Assembly (NCBI GenBank): GCA_963851265.1
Contig: CAWKNZ010000010.1
Span: forward strand, 128,001-192,000
Origin: an uncultured Gemmatimonadales bacterium
GTDB lineage: Bacteria > Gemmatimonadota > Gemmatimonadetes > Gemmatimonadales > Gemmatimonadaceae
Length of the DNA stretch: 64,000 bases
Direction of reading: 5' to 3'
The notes under the pieces were generated by a model that had not been told where the DNA came from, made no database searches, and was given only the letters and a program-made list of their open reading frames with translations. Made by a program: the position numbers and the translations under genes. This document shows positions 17,246-27,417 of the stretch, one piece after another. Numbering within the stretch: position 1 is the first letter of the stretch; each line of letters starts with the position of its first letter.

Positions 17246-18394
17246 ATGTACGACGTCACCCAGGGGCCGCGCGCGGAGTTCACGACGTTCGCGCCGCCGG
17301 CCGCGGACACGCCCGAGGCGATGGCGGCCGCCGCGACGCCGACCGGCGCGCGCGGCCTCAACGAGTCCACGCGACAGGCGCAGGAGGACGCGGTCCTCAC
17401 GCCGCGCTTCTACACCACGGACTTCGCCGAGCTGGACCGACTGCAGGTCGAGCGGCACCGCGCCCTCTGGGACGCGATGGTCGACGAGTTCCGGCGCGAC
17501 CCGAACAAGGACCACTTCAAGCGCAACGCCGAGTTCGACGCCGACTTCTCCGACATGGACCCGGCGCTCCGGCGCCAGTTCGTCGACTTCCTCGTCAGCT
17601 CCGTCACGGCGGAGTTCTCGGGGTGCGTGCTGTACGCCGAGATCAAGAAGCGCGTCACGAACCCGGACGTGCGCGAGCTGTTCGGTTTCATGAGCCGGGA
17701 CGAGGGGCGGCACGCGGGGTTCATCAACCACGTGCTCAAGGATTTCGACGTCGCCGTCGACCTGAGCTTCCTCACGAAGGCCAAGAAGTACACGTACTTC
17801 AAGCCGAAATTCATCTATTACGCGACGTACCTGAGCGAGAAGATCGGCTACGCCCGGTACATCACGATCTTCCGCAATTTCGAGCGGCAGCCGGAGCGGC
17901 GCTTCCACCCGATCTTCAAGTGGTTCGAGAACTGGTGTCACGACGAGTTCCGCCACGGCGAGGCGTTCGCGGTGTTGATGCGGGCCAACCCCGAGACGCT
18001 GTCGGGCGTGAACAGGCTCTGGATCCGCTTCTTCCTCACCGCCGTGTTCGCGACGATGTACGTGCGCGACCACCTGCGCCGCCCGTTCTTCGAGGCGATG
18101 GGGCTGGACGTGGACGACTACGACCGCCGCGTGCTCGCGCTGACCAACACGATCAGCCGCCAGGTCTTTCCCGTCGTGCTCGACCTCGACAACGACCGGC
18201 TGTGGGCGCTGTTCGCCAGGCTGCACCGGAACACGGAGGCGATCGGCGCGGCGGTCAAGGCGGGCGGGGTCGTGAACAAGGTGCGGACCGCCGCACTCCG
18301 GCTGGACTGCGCCGTGACGTTCGCGCGCGCGTACCTGCAGCGTCCCGTGCGCAACGCGTTGCCGGCGGACGTCCGCCTGCAGCCGGTGTGGTGA
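17246..18394 (+). CDS. acsF: Aerobic Mg-protoporphyrin IX monomethyl ester oxidative cyclase
   Basis: [55 protein letters not shown] di-iron motifs. Confidence 0.96.
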   Translation: MYDVTQGPRAEFTTFAPPAADTPEAMAAAATPTGARGLNESTRQAQEDAVLTPRFYTTDFAELDRLQVERHRALWDAMVDEFRRDPNKDHFKRNAEFDADFSDMDPALRRQFVDFLVSSVTAEFSGCVLYAEIKKRVTNPDVRELFGFMSRDEGRHAGFINHVLKDFDVAVDLSFLTKAKKYTYFKPKFIYYATYLSEKIGYARYITIFRNFERQPERRFHPIFKWFENWCHDEFRHGEAFAVLMRANPETLSGVNRLWIRFFLTAVFATMYVRDHLRRPFFEAMGLDVDDYDRRVLALTNTISRQVFPVVLDLDNDRLWALFARLHRNTEAIGAAVKAGGVVNKVRTAALRLDCAVTFARAYLQRPVRNALPADVRLQPVW

Positions 18395-18401
18395 CGGCGC
18401 G

Positions 18402-19865
18402 ATGAGCGCGGCGCCCGGCGCGTGGACGCGCGGCTGGATGCAAATCGGTGCGCGGTGGCTCCCGTTCGCCGACGCGGCGTCGGCGGAGCTGCCGTTAGGC
18501 CGCCTGCTGCGCCTCGGGCTGTTCCAGGTCACCGTGGGCGCGGCGCTTACGCTGCTCACGGGCACGCTCAACCGCGTGATGATCGTGGAACTGCGCGTGC
18601 CGGCGTCGGTGGTCGGCTGGATGCTCGCGTTGCCGCTGTTCGTCGCGCCGTTCCGCGCCCTCGTCGGGCACCGGTCGGACGTGTACGCCTCGGTGCTCGG
18701 CTGGCGGCGCGTGCCGTACGTGTGGTTCGGCACGCTGATGTCGTGGGGCGGACTCGCGATCCTGCCGTTCGCGCTGATTCTGCTGTCGGGCGACACGCAC
18801 GGGTCGCGTGCGGCGGCGGTGACGGCGAGCGCGCTCGCGTTCTTCCTCGTGGGCGCGGGCATGCACACCACGCAGACGGCGGGGCTCGCGCTCGCGACCG
18901 ACCTCGCGCCCGAGTCGGCGCGGCCGCGCGTGGTCGCCCTGCTCTACCTCATGCTGCTCGTCGGCACGTTCGTGAGCGCGCTCGCCTTCGGCGCCCTCCT
19001 GCGCGACTTCTCGCAGATCCGTCTGATCCAGGTGATTCAGGGGACGGCGGTGGTCACGCTGGCGCTCAACGTCGTCGCGCTCTGGAAGCAGGAGCCGCGG
19101 CGACCGATGACGCGCGCGCAGGCGGCGGCGGTGCCGCGGCCGCCGTTCCGGGCGCGGTGGCGGGCGTTCGTCGGCGCGGGGCGTGCGGCGCGGCTGCTCG
19201 CCGCGGTCGGGTTGGGCACGTTCGCCTTCAACCTGCAGGACGTGCTGCTCGAGCCGTACGGCGGCGAGGTCCTGCACCTGTCGGTCGCGGGAACCACCGC
19301 GCTCACGGCGCTGTTTGCCGCGGGCATGATCGCGGCGTTCGGCGTGAGCGCGCGCGCGCTCGAACGGGGCCGCGACCCGATCCGCGTCGCCGCCGCCGGC
19401 ATCGGGTGCGGGATGCTCGGGTTCGTGGCCGTGATCTTCGCCTCGCCACTCGCGGACGTGACGCTGTTCCGCATCGGAAGCGCGCTGATCGGCTTCGGCG
19501 AAGGGTGCTTCGCGGTCGGCACGCTGACGAGCGCGATGGGCCTGCGCACCACGTGCGACGAGCACGGCATCGCGCTCGGCGCGTGGGGTGCGGTGTTCGC
19601 GACGAGCGAGGGCGCGGCGCTCGCGCTCAGCGGCGTGGTCAAGGACGCGATCGCGGCGCTCGTGCGCGGCGGCGTGCTCACGGGCGGGATGGCCGCCCCT
19701 AGCGTGCCGTACAGCGTCGTGTACCACGCCGAGGTCGGGTTGCTGTTCGCGACGCTGGTCGCGCTCGGGCCGCTCGTCGCTCGGCGGGGCGCGCTCCGGC
19801 CCGCGGCGGCCGCCTCCGCCGGCCCGCGCCCGCGCTTCGGCCTCGCCGAGCTGCCCGGCAGTTAG
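18402..19865 (+). CDS. lhaA: LH1 assembly protein LhaA (PucC-family MFS)
   Basis: WLPFADAASAELPLGRLLRLGLFQ, TLNRVMIVEL, QDVLLEPYGG; position before puhA. Confidence 0.9.
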   Translation: MSAAPGAWTRGWMQIGARWLPFADAASAELPLGRLLRLGLFQVTVGAALTLLTGTLNRVMIVELRVPASVVGWMLALPLFVAPFRALVGHRSDVYASVLGWRRVPYVWFGTLMSWGGLAILPFALILLSGDTHGSRAAAVTASALAFFLVGAGMHTTQTAGLALATDLAPESARPRVVALLYLMLLVGTFVSALAFGALLRDFSQIRLIQVIQGTAVVTLALNVVALWKQEPRRPMTRAQAAAVPRPPFRARWRAFVGAGRAARLLAAVGLGTFAFNLQDVLLEPYGGEVLHLSVAGTTALTALFAAGMIAAFGVSARALERGRDPIRVAAAGIGCGMLGFVAVIFASPLADVTLFRIGSALIGFGEGCFAVGTLTSAMGLRTTCDEHGIALGAWGAVFATSEGAALALSGVVKDAIAALVRGGVLTGGMAAPSVPYSVVYHAEVGLLFATLVALGPLVARRGALRPAAAASAGPRPRFGLAELPGS

Positions 19866-19919
19866 GCACTTCCCCTTCGGCGCTCCGCCGTCCCCTTCCC
19901 CACTCGGAGGCTCGTCCCC

Positions 19920-20225
19920 ATGCACTTCGCACGCTCGATCGACGTCGCCCAGGTCGCGATCTACGCGTTCTGGCTCTTCTTCGCCGGCCTCGTCTACTAC
20001 CTGCGCCGCGAGGACAAGCGCGAGGGGTACCCGATGGTCTCGGACGGGCCGGGGGGCGTGATCCAGGGGTACCCGCGCACGCCGGGACCGAAGCGCTTCA
20101 TCCACCGGCCGCTCCACGCCGACGTGCCCTTCGGCAGCTCGGCCGCCACCCCGGCGTCCGTCGCCGCGACGTCCAGCGCGCCGCCGCCCCCGGCCGACTA
20201 CCCCGCCGCGCCGCCCACCGCCTAA
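19920..20225 (+). CDS. puhA: Reaction centre H subunit, N-terminal transmembrane part
   Basis: [33 protein letters not shown], then a Pro/Ala tail and TAA. Confidence 0.88.
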   Translation: MHFARSIDVAQVAIYAFWLFFAGLVYYLRREDKREGYPMVSDGPGGVIQGYPRTPGPKRFIHRPLHADVPFGSSAATPASVAATSSAPPPPADYPAAPPTA

Positions 20226-20249
20226 CGTACCCGCCACCGGAGCCCCGCC

Positions 20250-20816
20250 ATGGCCACCGCCGCCAACCCCGTCACCTACGCCCCCGCGCTCGCCCAGCCC
20301 GGCGCGCCGCTGCAACCCGAGGGCGACCCGATGCTGAGCGGCCTCGGGCCGTCCGCGTGGGCCAACCGCGCCGACGTGCCCGACACGACCGTGCACGGCG
20401 ACCCGAAGATCGTCCCGATGCGCGCCGCGCCCAACTTCTACATCGAGCCGCGCGACCCCGACCCGCGCGGGATGCGCATGCTCGGCTGCGACGACGAGGT
20501 CGCGGGGATCATCGCGGACGTGTGGGTCGACCGCGCGGAGCCGACGGTGCGGTACTTCGAGGTCGAACTGCCGGCCGGCACCGCGGCCGCCGAGGGGGGG
20601 CGAGGGCGCCGCGTGCTGATTCCGTCGACCGTGTGCAAGATCGACCGTCGGCGTGCCGTGGTCCGTACGAAGTCGATCCTGGCGCACCAGTTCGCCAACG
20701 TGCCGGGCACGCGCGCGCCGGACCGCGTGACGTTCCTCGAAGAGGACAAGATCATGGCGTACTACGCGGGCGGCTATCTGTACGCCACGCGGTCACGGTC
20801 GGAGCCGATCCTGTGA
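20250..20816 (+). CDS. puhA: Reaction centre H subunit, cytoplasmic PRC-barrel part
   Basis: GDPMLSGLGPSAWANRADVPD, DPDPRGM, DVWVDR, VTFLEEDKIMAYYAGGYLYA. Has its own GGAG RBS. Confidence 0.88.
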   Translation: MATAANPVTYAPALAQPGAPLQPEGDPMLSGLGPSAWANRADVPDTTVHGDPKIVPMRAAPNFYIEPRDPDPRGMRMLGCDDEVAGIIADVWVDRAEPTVRYFEVELPAGTAAAEGGRGRRVLIPSTVCKIDRRRAVVRTKSILAHQFANVPGTRAPDRVTFLEEDKIMAYYAGGYLYATRSRSEPIL

Positions 20817-21535
20817 CCACGGCGCGCCTCGACTCGGCGCGCGAGAAGGCGGCGCGCGCGGACGCGGTGCGCGTCGACGCCCAGGGCCGCGCGTGGCTGC
20901 CCGGGTTCGGGGAGCCGCTGCCCGCCGGCGAGCGCGTGCTCTGGGCCGGGCGACCCGACGCCGCGGCACTCGCGCGCCGTGCGCTCCACGTGCGCGGGCT
21001 CGCCGTCTACTTCGCGCTCCTCACGGCGCTCACGTTCTCGGTGCGCTGGCGGATGGCCGGCACGCCGGTGGCCGTGGTCGACGCGCTGACCGTGGCGGCG
21101 ATGGGCGCGGCGGTGCTCGTCTTCGCGCGCGTGTACGCGACCGTGGTCGCACGCGCGACGCTCTACGCGGTGACCGACCGTCGCGTGGTCCTGCGCGTCG
21201 GCGTGGCGGTGCCGGCGGTGCTCAACATCCCGCTCGACCGCGTCACGTCGGTCGACCTGCGGCGCGGGCGCGACGGGGCCGGCGACGTGGAGGTCACACT
21301 CGGCGGCGACGCGCGCATCGCCTACCTGCTGCTCTGGCCGCACGCGCGGCCCTGGCACATCACCCGCACGCGGCCCACGTTCCGCGGCCTGCGCGACGCG
21401 GGAGCCGCGGGAATGGCGCTGGCCGACGTGGTGCGGGCCGCTCAGTCCGCACGTGAGGAGTCGAGCGTCGCGCCGCCCGCGGTGGACGCCGCGGCGACGC
21501 AGCCGGAGCCCACACGCCGCGTGAAGGCCGCGTGA
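20813..21535 (+). CDS. puhB: Photosynthetic complex assembly protein PuhB
   Basis: LPAGERVLWAGRP, YAVTDRRVVLRVGVA, IAYLLLWPHARPW. Confidence 0.9.
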   Translation: MTTARLDSAREKAARADAVRVDAQGRAWLPGFGEPLPAGERVLWAGRPDAAALARRALHVRGLAVYFALLTALTFSVRWRMAGTPVAVVDALTVAAMGAAVLVFARVYATVVARATLYAVTDRRVVLRVGVAVPAVLNIPLDRVTSVDLRRGRDGAGDVEVTLGGDARIAYLLLWPHARPWHITRTRPTFRGLRDAGAAGMALADVVRAAQSAREESSVAPPAVDAAATQPEPTRRVKAA

Positions 21536-22125
21536 GCGGGGGGGTGGCGGTGCGGATCGCAGGAGGACCGGCGGGCGGCGGACGCAGCGGGCGCGACGGA
21601 CAGTCGGGCGGCCGCGGCCTCGACGACCTCCCGCGCGAGGCGGGCGGACCGTCGCCCCCGCGCCCCGTGTTGATCGCAGCGGGCGTGCTGGCAGTCGCGA
21701 CCATCATCGGCGCCGGGGTGGCGCGACGGACCGGGGCGGGGCACGTCGAGCCACCGCGCTCGTCGGTCGCCGCCTCGCGCGATCTGTGGTTCGATGACGC
21801 GCCGGGGGGCGTGGTCATCGTGCGCACGCACACGGCCGCCGGCGTCGACTCGACGGTGGCGACGCTGCACTCGGGCGAGGGGATGTTCGTGCGCGGCACG
21901 CTTCGGGCGCTGGCCCGCGGCCGGCGACTCGGCGCGTCGGCGACCGACGCCGATGCGGCGACGGCCGTGTCGCATGCGCCGTTCCGCCTCACGCGCTACG
22001 CCGACGGACGGCTCACGCTCGACGACTCGTCCACCGGCGCGCATCTCGAGTTGCGCGCGTACGGGCCGACGAACGCGGCGGCGTTCGCGGGGCTACTGCC
22101 CGCCGCGCCCGATTCGGCGCGCTGA
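21532..22125 (+). CDS. puhC: Photosynthetic complex assembly protein PuhC
   Basis: RDLWFDD, GMFVRGTLRALARGR, GRLTLDDSSTG...LRAYGPTNAAAF. Confidence 0.87.
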   Translation: MSGGVAVRIAGGPAGGGRSGRDGQSGGRGLDDLPREAGGPSPPRPVLIAAGVLAVATIIGAGVARRTGAGHVEPPRSSVAASRDLWFDDAPGGVVIVRTHTAAGVDSTVATLHSGEGMFVRGTLRALARGRRLGASATDADAATAVSHAPFRLTRYADGRLTLDDSSTGAHLELRAYGPTNAAAFAGLLPAAPDSAR

Positions 22126-22140
22126 GGGGGAACGCTCGCG

Positions 22141-22695
22141 ATGCCCGACACCGCGCCGGACCTCGCCGGCCACCCGGAGCGGCAGACGCGTGCGGCGGCT
22201 CCGTCATGGGGCGCCATCGCGCTGTTCGGCGCGCTGACCGTCGTCGGCGTCGTTGCGGCGAACGTGGGCTCGGGCGCCGCGCGCCCGAGCACGTATCGCT
22301 GGTGGCGGTCGCTGGACAAACCGTCGTACACGCCGCCCGATCCCGTCATTCCCGCCGTCTGGAGCGTGATGTACACGCTCGCGGCGGTGTCCGCGGCGCG
22401 GGTCTGGCGGGCGGGGCCGGATGCCGACCGGCCGCGTGCGCTGGCGCGGTGGGGCGTTCAGCTTGGGCTGAACGGGCTCTGGACGCGACTGTTCTTCGGC
22501 CACCGCCGGCCCGACCTCGCGCTCGTCGACTCCGCCGCGCTGTTCGGGGCAGTCGCGGCGTACGCACGCGCCGCGGATCAGGTGGACCGGCCCGCGGCGC
22601 AGCTCATGCTGCCGTACCTCGGGTGGGTCGGGTTCGCGACGGTGCTGAACGCGGACCTCGCGCTCCGGAACGCGACGCCAGACTCGGGCGCCTAA
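22141..22695 (+). CDS. tspO: TspO/MBR family tryptophan-rich sensory protein
   Basis: WWRSLDKPSYTPPD, QLGLNGLWTRLFFG, LPYLGWVGFATVLN. Confidence 0.92.
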   Translation: MPDTAPDLAGHPERQTRAAAPSWGAIALFGALTVVGVVAANVGSGAARPSTYRWWRSLDKPSYTPPDPVIPAVWSVMYTLAAVSAARVWRAGPDADRPRALARWGVQLGLNGLWTRLFFGHRRPDLALVDSAALFGAVAAYARAADQVDRPAAQLMLPYLGWVGFATVLNADLALRNATPDSGA

Positions 22696-22988
22696 CGAAG
22701 GCGGTCGGGGCGCGGGGCGCGCGTTCGGGCGTACGCGCTCCCAACGTGCGCGACGTTCGCCACGCCGGCGGCCGCGAGGGCCGCCAGTGTGACCCAGGCC
22801 GGCCATCCGGCGAGCACCGCACGGAGCGCGACGAGGAGTCCGGCGCCCGCCCCGGCGAACGACAGCACGAACCCCGCCCCGGGCGCCCCCGTCCGGCGCC
22901 CCCGCCACGCGAGCCAGAGTGACTCGAGGGCGAGCAGCGCGAGGACGGCGTCGACGAGGGCGGGGCGGAGGAGCGCGGCCGCGGTCAC
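22692..22988 (-). CDS. Small hydrophobic membrane protein
   Basis: 98 aa with about 3 hydrophobic segments, downstream of pufC and convergent with tspO. Confidence 0.55.
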   Translation of the reverse strand: MTAAALLRPALVDAVLALLALESLWLAWRGRRTGAPGAGFVLSFAGAGAGLLVALRAVLAGWPAWVTLAALAAAGVANVAHVGSAYARTRAPRPDRLR

Positions 22989-23064
22989 GCGGCCACGCTC
23001 ACGGCACCACGCTCACCCAACCGCGCTCACAGCGGCGTGCCGGCCATGCCCCGATCGCGATGCG

Positions 23065-24342
23065 CTACCGCGAGGCGTACCGCGAGGCGGCACGAGCGGC
23101 CGGGGGCGGGCCGACCCGCGATGCGAGTCGTGCTCCCGCCACCGGTCCGATGGGCGTTGGGCGCACGGTCAGCAACTGCTCCGCCGCGTCGAGCCCCGAG
23201 ACCTGGGCCGCCGCACCCGGAGCGACCGAAACCGCCGCGGCCGCGGCCGCGCGCGGCGGTACCGGCGCGGGTCGCGAGCGCGGGTACGGGTCCGGAGACG
23301 GCAGCGACGACGAGTCGGTCGGGATCTTGTCGACCGCGTCGCGCCGGTCGACGATGCCGTCGAACGACGTGTCCGCCGGCGTGTGCGCGTCCCACGGCCC
23401 GGGGTGGCCCCAGAGCGCCGGATAGTCCTTGACCATGCTCACGCCCGCGAGCGGCTTGTGCACGCCGTTGTGACACGTGGCGCAACCGACCATCGGCGGG
23501 TCGCCGCGCTCGCCCAGCCGCACGGCGGGGAGGACGGTGCCGAGCGGGCCGACGTACGTCTGGTTGATGTGGCGCGTCATGCGCAGCCCGTAGAGCGCCG
23601 ACACGCGCGTCCAGGGCGCGTTCTGCCAGCTCGCCCACGAGCGGCTGTTGTGGCAGAACGTGCAGTTGACGCCTAACGAGTTGCTCATGTTGATCATGAG
23701 CGCGTACGTCCACTCGGCCTGCCGGACCGACGAGTAGTTCGCGTTGGTCGGCGGCGCGGTGTACGACTGCACCCGGACGTCCGACCGGTCGAGGTAGGCG
23801 CGGAGGTACTGGTTCTCGTTGGTCTGGTGCCAGAGCCCCGCGCGCGGCACCGGGGCCCCGTAGTGGCACGTGTAGCACGTGACGCCGGTGACCCGCACGT
23901 GCGCGCGCCAGTTGGTGTTGATGTCGCGCGTCATCAGCAGCATGCGGCGCGAGACCACCTTGGCGTACTTCTCGTCCGAGGCGTAATTGGCGGGGTTGTG
24001 GCAGTAGATGCACCCGGCCTGCGACCCCGTCTTCGGCGCCACCCAGTTGGTCATCGCCTGCATGGTGCGCGTGAACTCGCCCGCGGGCAGGTTCACGAGC
24101 ACCTGGACGTTTTGCCAGTTGCCGACCGGTGTGTTGGGCGGCGCCGGCGGCAGCGGCGGCAGCGCGACGTTGCGCGAGAGGACCTCGCGTTCGTTGCGGA
24201 CGTCGATGTTCTGCTCTTCGGCGACCCCGCGATAGCCGAGTTGCGCCGTTTCCTTCTTCCCCAGCTGGCACGCCGCGAGTGCGGCGGCGGCCAGGGGGAA
24301 GGTGACGGCCGACCACGCGCGGGCGGTCATGCGGATGGTCAT
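23065..24342 (-). CDS. pufC: Reaction-centre-bound tetraheme cytochrome c subunit
   Basis: Lipoprotein signal ALAAC; four CXXCH motifs (CIYCH, CYTCH, CTFCH, CATCH); WQNVQVL. Confidence 0.95.
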   Translation of the reverse strand: MTIRMTARAWSAVTFPLAAAALAACQLGKKETAQLGYRGVAEEQNIDVRNEREVLSRNVALPPLPPAPPNTPVGNWQNVQVLVNLPAGEFTRTMQAMTNWVAPKTGSQAGCIYCHNPANYASDEKYAKVVSRRMLLMTRDINTNWRAHVRVTGVTCYTCHYGAPVPRAGLWHQTNENQYLRAYLDRSDVRVQSYTAPPTNANYSSVRQAEWTYALMINMSNSLGVNCTFCHNSRSWASWQNAPWTRVSALYGLRMTRHINQTYVGPLGTVLPAVRLGERGDPPMVGCATCHNGVHKPLAGVSMVKDYPALWGHPGPWDAHTPADTSFDGIVDRRDAVDKIPTDSSSLPSPDPYPRSRPAPVPPRAAAAAAVSVAPGAAAQVSGLDAAEQLLTVRPTPIGPVAGARLASRVGPPPAARAASRYASR

Positions 24343-25799
24343 GGCGGCGTCCTCTGGGACTTCGGGGCCGGCGTCGTCCCCTGGGCGGGGACCTCGTTTC
24401 GCGCGGCGCCCGGCGGCGGCGTCACGCGCGGCTTCGCGGCCGCCGGGTTCTGCGGATAGTACGGGGCGGGCGCGCCTTTCGGCAGCGGGAGCGTGCCCGC
24501 GTTGGCAGGCGGCGCCGCACCCATCGGTTGTGCCGGGTTCAGCTTCCCGGGATACGGGGACGTCGTGGCCGGGCCCGCGGCGTTGGGCTGCGCGCTCGTG
24601 TTGGTGCTCGCGTTGGGCATCGCACCCGCCGCCGGATTCGCCGTCGTCGGCATCTGCACGACCGGCGTGTTCTGCTGCAGATGGCCGATGTGACCGCCCC
24701 GCGTCGCGCCCGGGAACGTGTCGGGCGGCGAGCCCTGGTAGTACCCGCGCAGGTCCTGCGCCTTACGCGGCGAGATCACGATCGTCGCGGGGTACTGCGG
24801 CGTGAGGCCGTGCTTCTGGCCCCACAGGTACCAGTTGTCGACCGCGGTGCCCGTCAGCAGGATCCCGATCGCGCCGGTGAACGTGGTGAGGAACGCGAAC
24901 CACCAGCTCCAGCGGTGGATGCTCTCCATCGTCGCGTTCCAGCCCATCGTCCAGCGCCAGAACAGCGCCGCGCGCTCGGTCGCGGTGCCGCGGTCGGTGA
25001 TCTGCTCGATCTCGCGCTCGCCGCCCAGGCGGCTCACGGCCAGGATGGTGGCACCGTGCATCGCGAAGAGCAGCGTCGACCCGTAGAGGAAGACGATGCT
25101 CAGCATGTGGAACGGGTTGTAGAACAGGTTCCCGTAGCGCAGGCTGAACGCGGCCGTCCAGTCGAGGTGCGGCAGGATGCCGAACGGCACCGCCTCGCCC
25201 CAGCTTCCCATCAGCAGCGGCCGGATGAAGCCGAGCGACAGGTAGAGGAAGATCGCCGAGGCGAACGCCCAGGGCAGGTGCGTGCCCAGCCCCAGCGCGC
25301 GCACGCGGCGGTAGGTGCGCACCCACCAGAGGATGATGCTCGTGGTGAGGAAGAACCCCGCCATGAGCCACCACCCGCCCTGGTTGAGCGGCGGGATGTG
25401 CAGCCCGTAGGCGGGCGGCGGCGGCTCGAGCGCGAGCCACGGGAGGCGTCGCACGAACTGGATCGGGTTCCAGTTCACCGACGCGAACATGTTGAGCCCG
25501 ATGATCTCGAAGGCCGCGAAGCCGAAGATCAGCGACGCGACGCCGGTCGCGCCCAGGTAGATGGGGCCGACCTGCGCGTCGCCGAGCTTGCCGAGCCAGT
25601 ACGAGAATCCCGGGGCGCCCTGGCGCACCCACGTGCGCTGCTCGATGGGCACGCCCCAGTCGGGGGCGGTGCGCACCTGCACGCTCGTGAACAGGTTCTG
25701 GTACTCGAGCCGCGGCAGGAATGCCGTGAGCGGGTCGAGCGGTTCGGGGGCCGCCGCCGGCGGCGCGCCGGCGGGCGTCGGCTGTGTGATGGTTGCCAT
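24339..25799 (-). CDS. pufM: Reaction centre M subunit with long C-terminal extension
   Basis: [63 protein letters not shown]. Confidence 0.97.
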   Translation of the reverse strand: MATITQPTPAGAPPAAAPEPLDPLTAFLPRLEYQNLFTSVQVRTAPDWGVPIEQRTWVRQGAPGFSYWLGKLGDAQVGPIYLGATGVASLIFGFAAFEIIGLNMFASVNWNPIQFVRRLPWLALEPPPPAYGLHIPPLNQGGWWLMAGFFLTTSIILWWVRTYRRVRALGLGTHLPWAFASAIFLYLSLGFIRPLLMGSWGEAVPFGILPHLDWTAAFSLRYGNLFYNPFHMLSIVFLYGSTLLFAMHGATILAVSRLGGEREIEQITDRGTATERAALFWRWTMGWNATMESIHRWSWWFAFLTTFTGAIGILLTGTAVDNWYLWGQKHGLTPQYPATIVISPRKAQDLRGYYQGSPPDTFPGATRGGHIGHLQQNTPVVQMPTTANPAAGAMPNASTNTSAQPNAAGPATTSPYPGKLNPAQPMGAAPPANAGTLPLPKGAPAPYYPQNPAAAKPRVTPPPGAARNEVPAQGTTPAPKSQRTPP

Positions 25800-25809
25800 G
25801 GCCGCTTCC

Positions 25810-26634
25810 TCAGCGCCAGATCGGGAGGTTGAGCCACCAGTCCCACCACTCCGGCCAGCCCTTGGTCCAGAGCGGCCCGCTCACCACGATGCAGAGGGCC
25901 GAGAAGATCCCGGCGCCTAACGCAAGGGCGAGTCCGAGGCGGTGGATGCCGACCGCGCCGATCGAGTAGCCGAGCACGTCGCGGAAGAAGGTGTTCTCGT
26001 GCTCGCTCGTCTTCACCGGCTCCCCCTTCTTGGGGTTCACCACGGAGAGGATGAGCGACCCGTGCATGGAGAGCGCGAGCGTCGTCGTGAAGAACAACGT
26101 CACCGCGATCATGTGCAACGGGTTGTAATGGAAGTGCAGGTACTGGTACCCGACGTTGCTCACCCAGTCGAGGTGGCTCAGGATGCCGTAGGGGAAGCCG
26201 TGTCCCCACGCGCCGAGCCAGACGGGGCGGATGACGACGAGCGTGACGTAGGCGAACACGGCCACGCCGTACGCCCAGGGGATGTGCATCCCCATGCCCA
26301 GCTTGCGCGAGATCTCGGCCTGCCGGAACGCCCAGCTCACGAACGCGCCGATCGCGGCGATCGTGATGAGCTGCCAGAGGCCGCCCTCACGGAGGGGGGC
26401 GAGGCCCAGTCCGTACTTGAGGTCGGGCGGGGCGATGTTGATCTGCCACAGGTCCCAGGTGCCGCCGATGGCCGCGCCCCAGACACAGAGCAGCGTCCCG
26501 ACGACGGCGAAGAAAATGGTGGTGACGCCGAAGAAGCCCACGTAGAACGGTCCGACCCAGAAATCGAACAGGTCGCCGCCGATCAGCGTGCCGCCCCGGA
26601 CGCGGTACTTGGCCTCGTAACTCAGCATGGCCAT
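25810..26634 (-). CDS. pufL: Reaction centre L subunit
   Basis: [62 protein letters not shown]. Confidence 0.97.
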   Translation of the reverse strand: MAMLSYEAKYRVRGGTLIGGDLFDFWVGPFYVGFFGVTTIFFAVVGTLLCVWGAAIGGTWDLWQINIAPPDLKYGLGLAPLREGGLWQLITIAAIGAFVSWAFRQAEISRKLGMGMHIPWAYGVAVFAYVTLVVIRPVWLGAWGHGFPYGILSHLDWVSNVGYQYLHFHYNPLHMIAVTLFFTTTLALSMHGSLILSVVNPKKGEPVKTSEHENTFFRDVLGYSIGAVGIHRLGLALALGAGIFSALCIVVSGPLWTKGWPEWWDWWLNLPIWR

Positions 26635-26709
26635 GTCGCAGGCCCTCCGCGTGGTGAACGAACGGGAAAAGAACGAAACGTGCTAGGGAGCGCGGGGCGG
26701 GGGGCCGCC

Positions 26710-26743
26710 CGGGGGGAGCACGCCGATGGGCGCGCCCCCCCCG
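26710..26743 (-). terminator. pufA-pufL intercistronic stem-loop (mRNA stabiliser/attenuator)
   Basis: 15-bp stem with a 4-nt loop. The two mismatches become G-U pairs only on the minus (puf) transcript. Position matches the known puf intercistronic hairpin. Confidence 0.6.
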
Positions 26744-26749
26744 CGGGGC

Positions 26750-26929
26750 TCATCGGCCGCCGGGCAGCGGCGAGATTTCCGCGGCCGACGCCCGGGCGTT
26801 GGCGTCGAGCCAGTTGTACCGGTTGGTGCTCAGGAGGATGAAGTGAATCACCAGCGCGAGCACGAACAGGAACGTGAACAGCGCGATGAGCGTGCGCCGC
26901 GGGTCGAAAAGCATCCAGACGCGATGCAT
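26750..26929 (-). CDS. pufA: Light-harvesting LH1 alpha polypeptide
   Basis: My translation: [59 protein letters not shown] (59 aa). Not in the ORF track. Confidence 0.95.
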   Translation of the reverse strand: MHRVWMLFDPRRTLIALFTFLFVLALVIHFILLSTNRYNWLDANARASAAEISPLPGGR

Positions 26930-26938
26930 GGCGGGCTC

Positions 26939-27268
26939 CTAACGCGAAGTGGGAGAGACGGCCGCGACGCGGAGCGCGGCCGAGAGTGCCGATGGGGCCT
27001 TGGCCGCCGGCGCGATCTGCGCGGTGCGCGTGGGGTACCCGTTCGCGCCGGGGATCCACGGGCGCCACTGCCAGACGAGGATGTGGGCGACGATGGCGAT
27101 CGCGAGGAAGCCGAGGAAGCTCATCGTGAACGCCGTGTGGAACCCGCGCGCTTCATCCTCGTTCAGCCCCGACGTGGGGGTGGACGGGCGCGCGGTCAGG
27201 TCGCCGTACCCGCCGCCGTAGGGCGGTTGGGACGTGGCGGTCGACTGCATTCCGATCGGGGCGGTCAT
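26939..27268 (-). CDS. pufB: Light-harvesting LH1 beta polypeptide (N- and C-terminally extended)
   Basis: SGLNEDEARGFH...AIVAHILVWQWRPW; GGAGG RBS; 109 aa. Confidence 0.93.
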   Translation of the reverse strand: MTAPIGMQSTATSQPPYGGGYGDLTARPSTPTSGLNEDEARGFHTAFTMSFLGFLAIAIVAHILVWQWRPWIPGANGYPTRTAQIAPAAKAPSALSAALRVAAVSPTSR

Positions 27269-27417
27269 AACAACCTCCGGGGTGTGGAGAGCGCCGCCGC
27301 CCGGCCGTGGCCGGCCGTCGACGGCGTGGTGAGCGACGCCGCGCGCGTGCACGTCACGCGCGGGCGCCGCGGGGACGGCGCGCCGGGACCGGCGCGCCTA
27401 ACATGTAGCCCAACATA

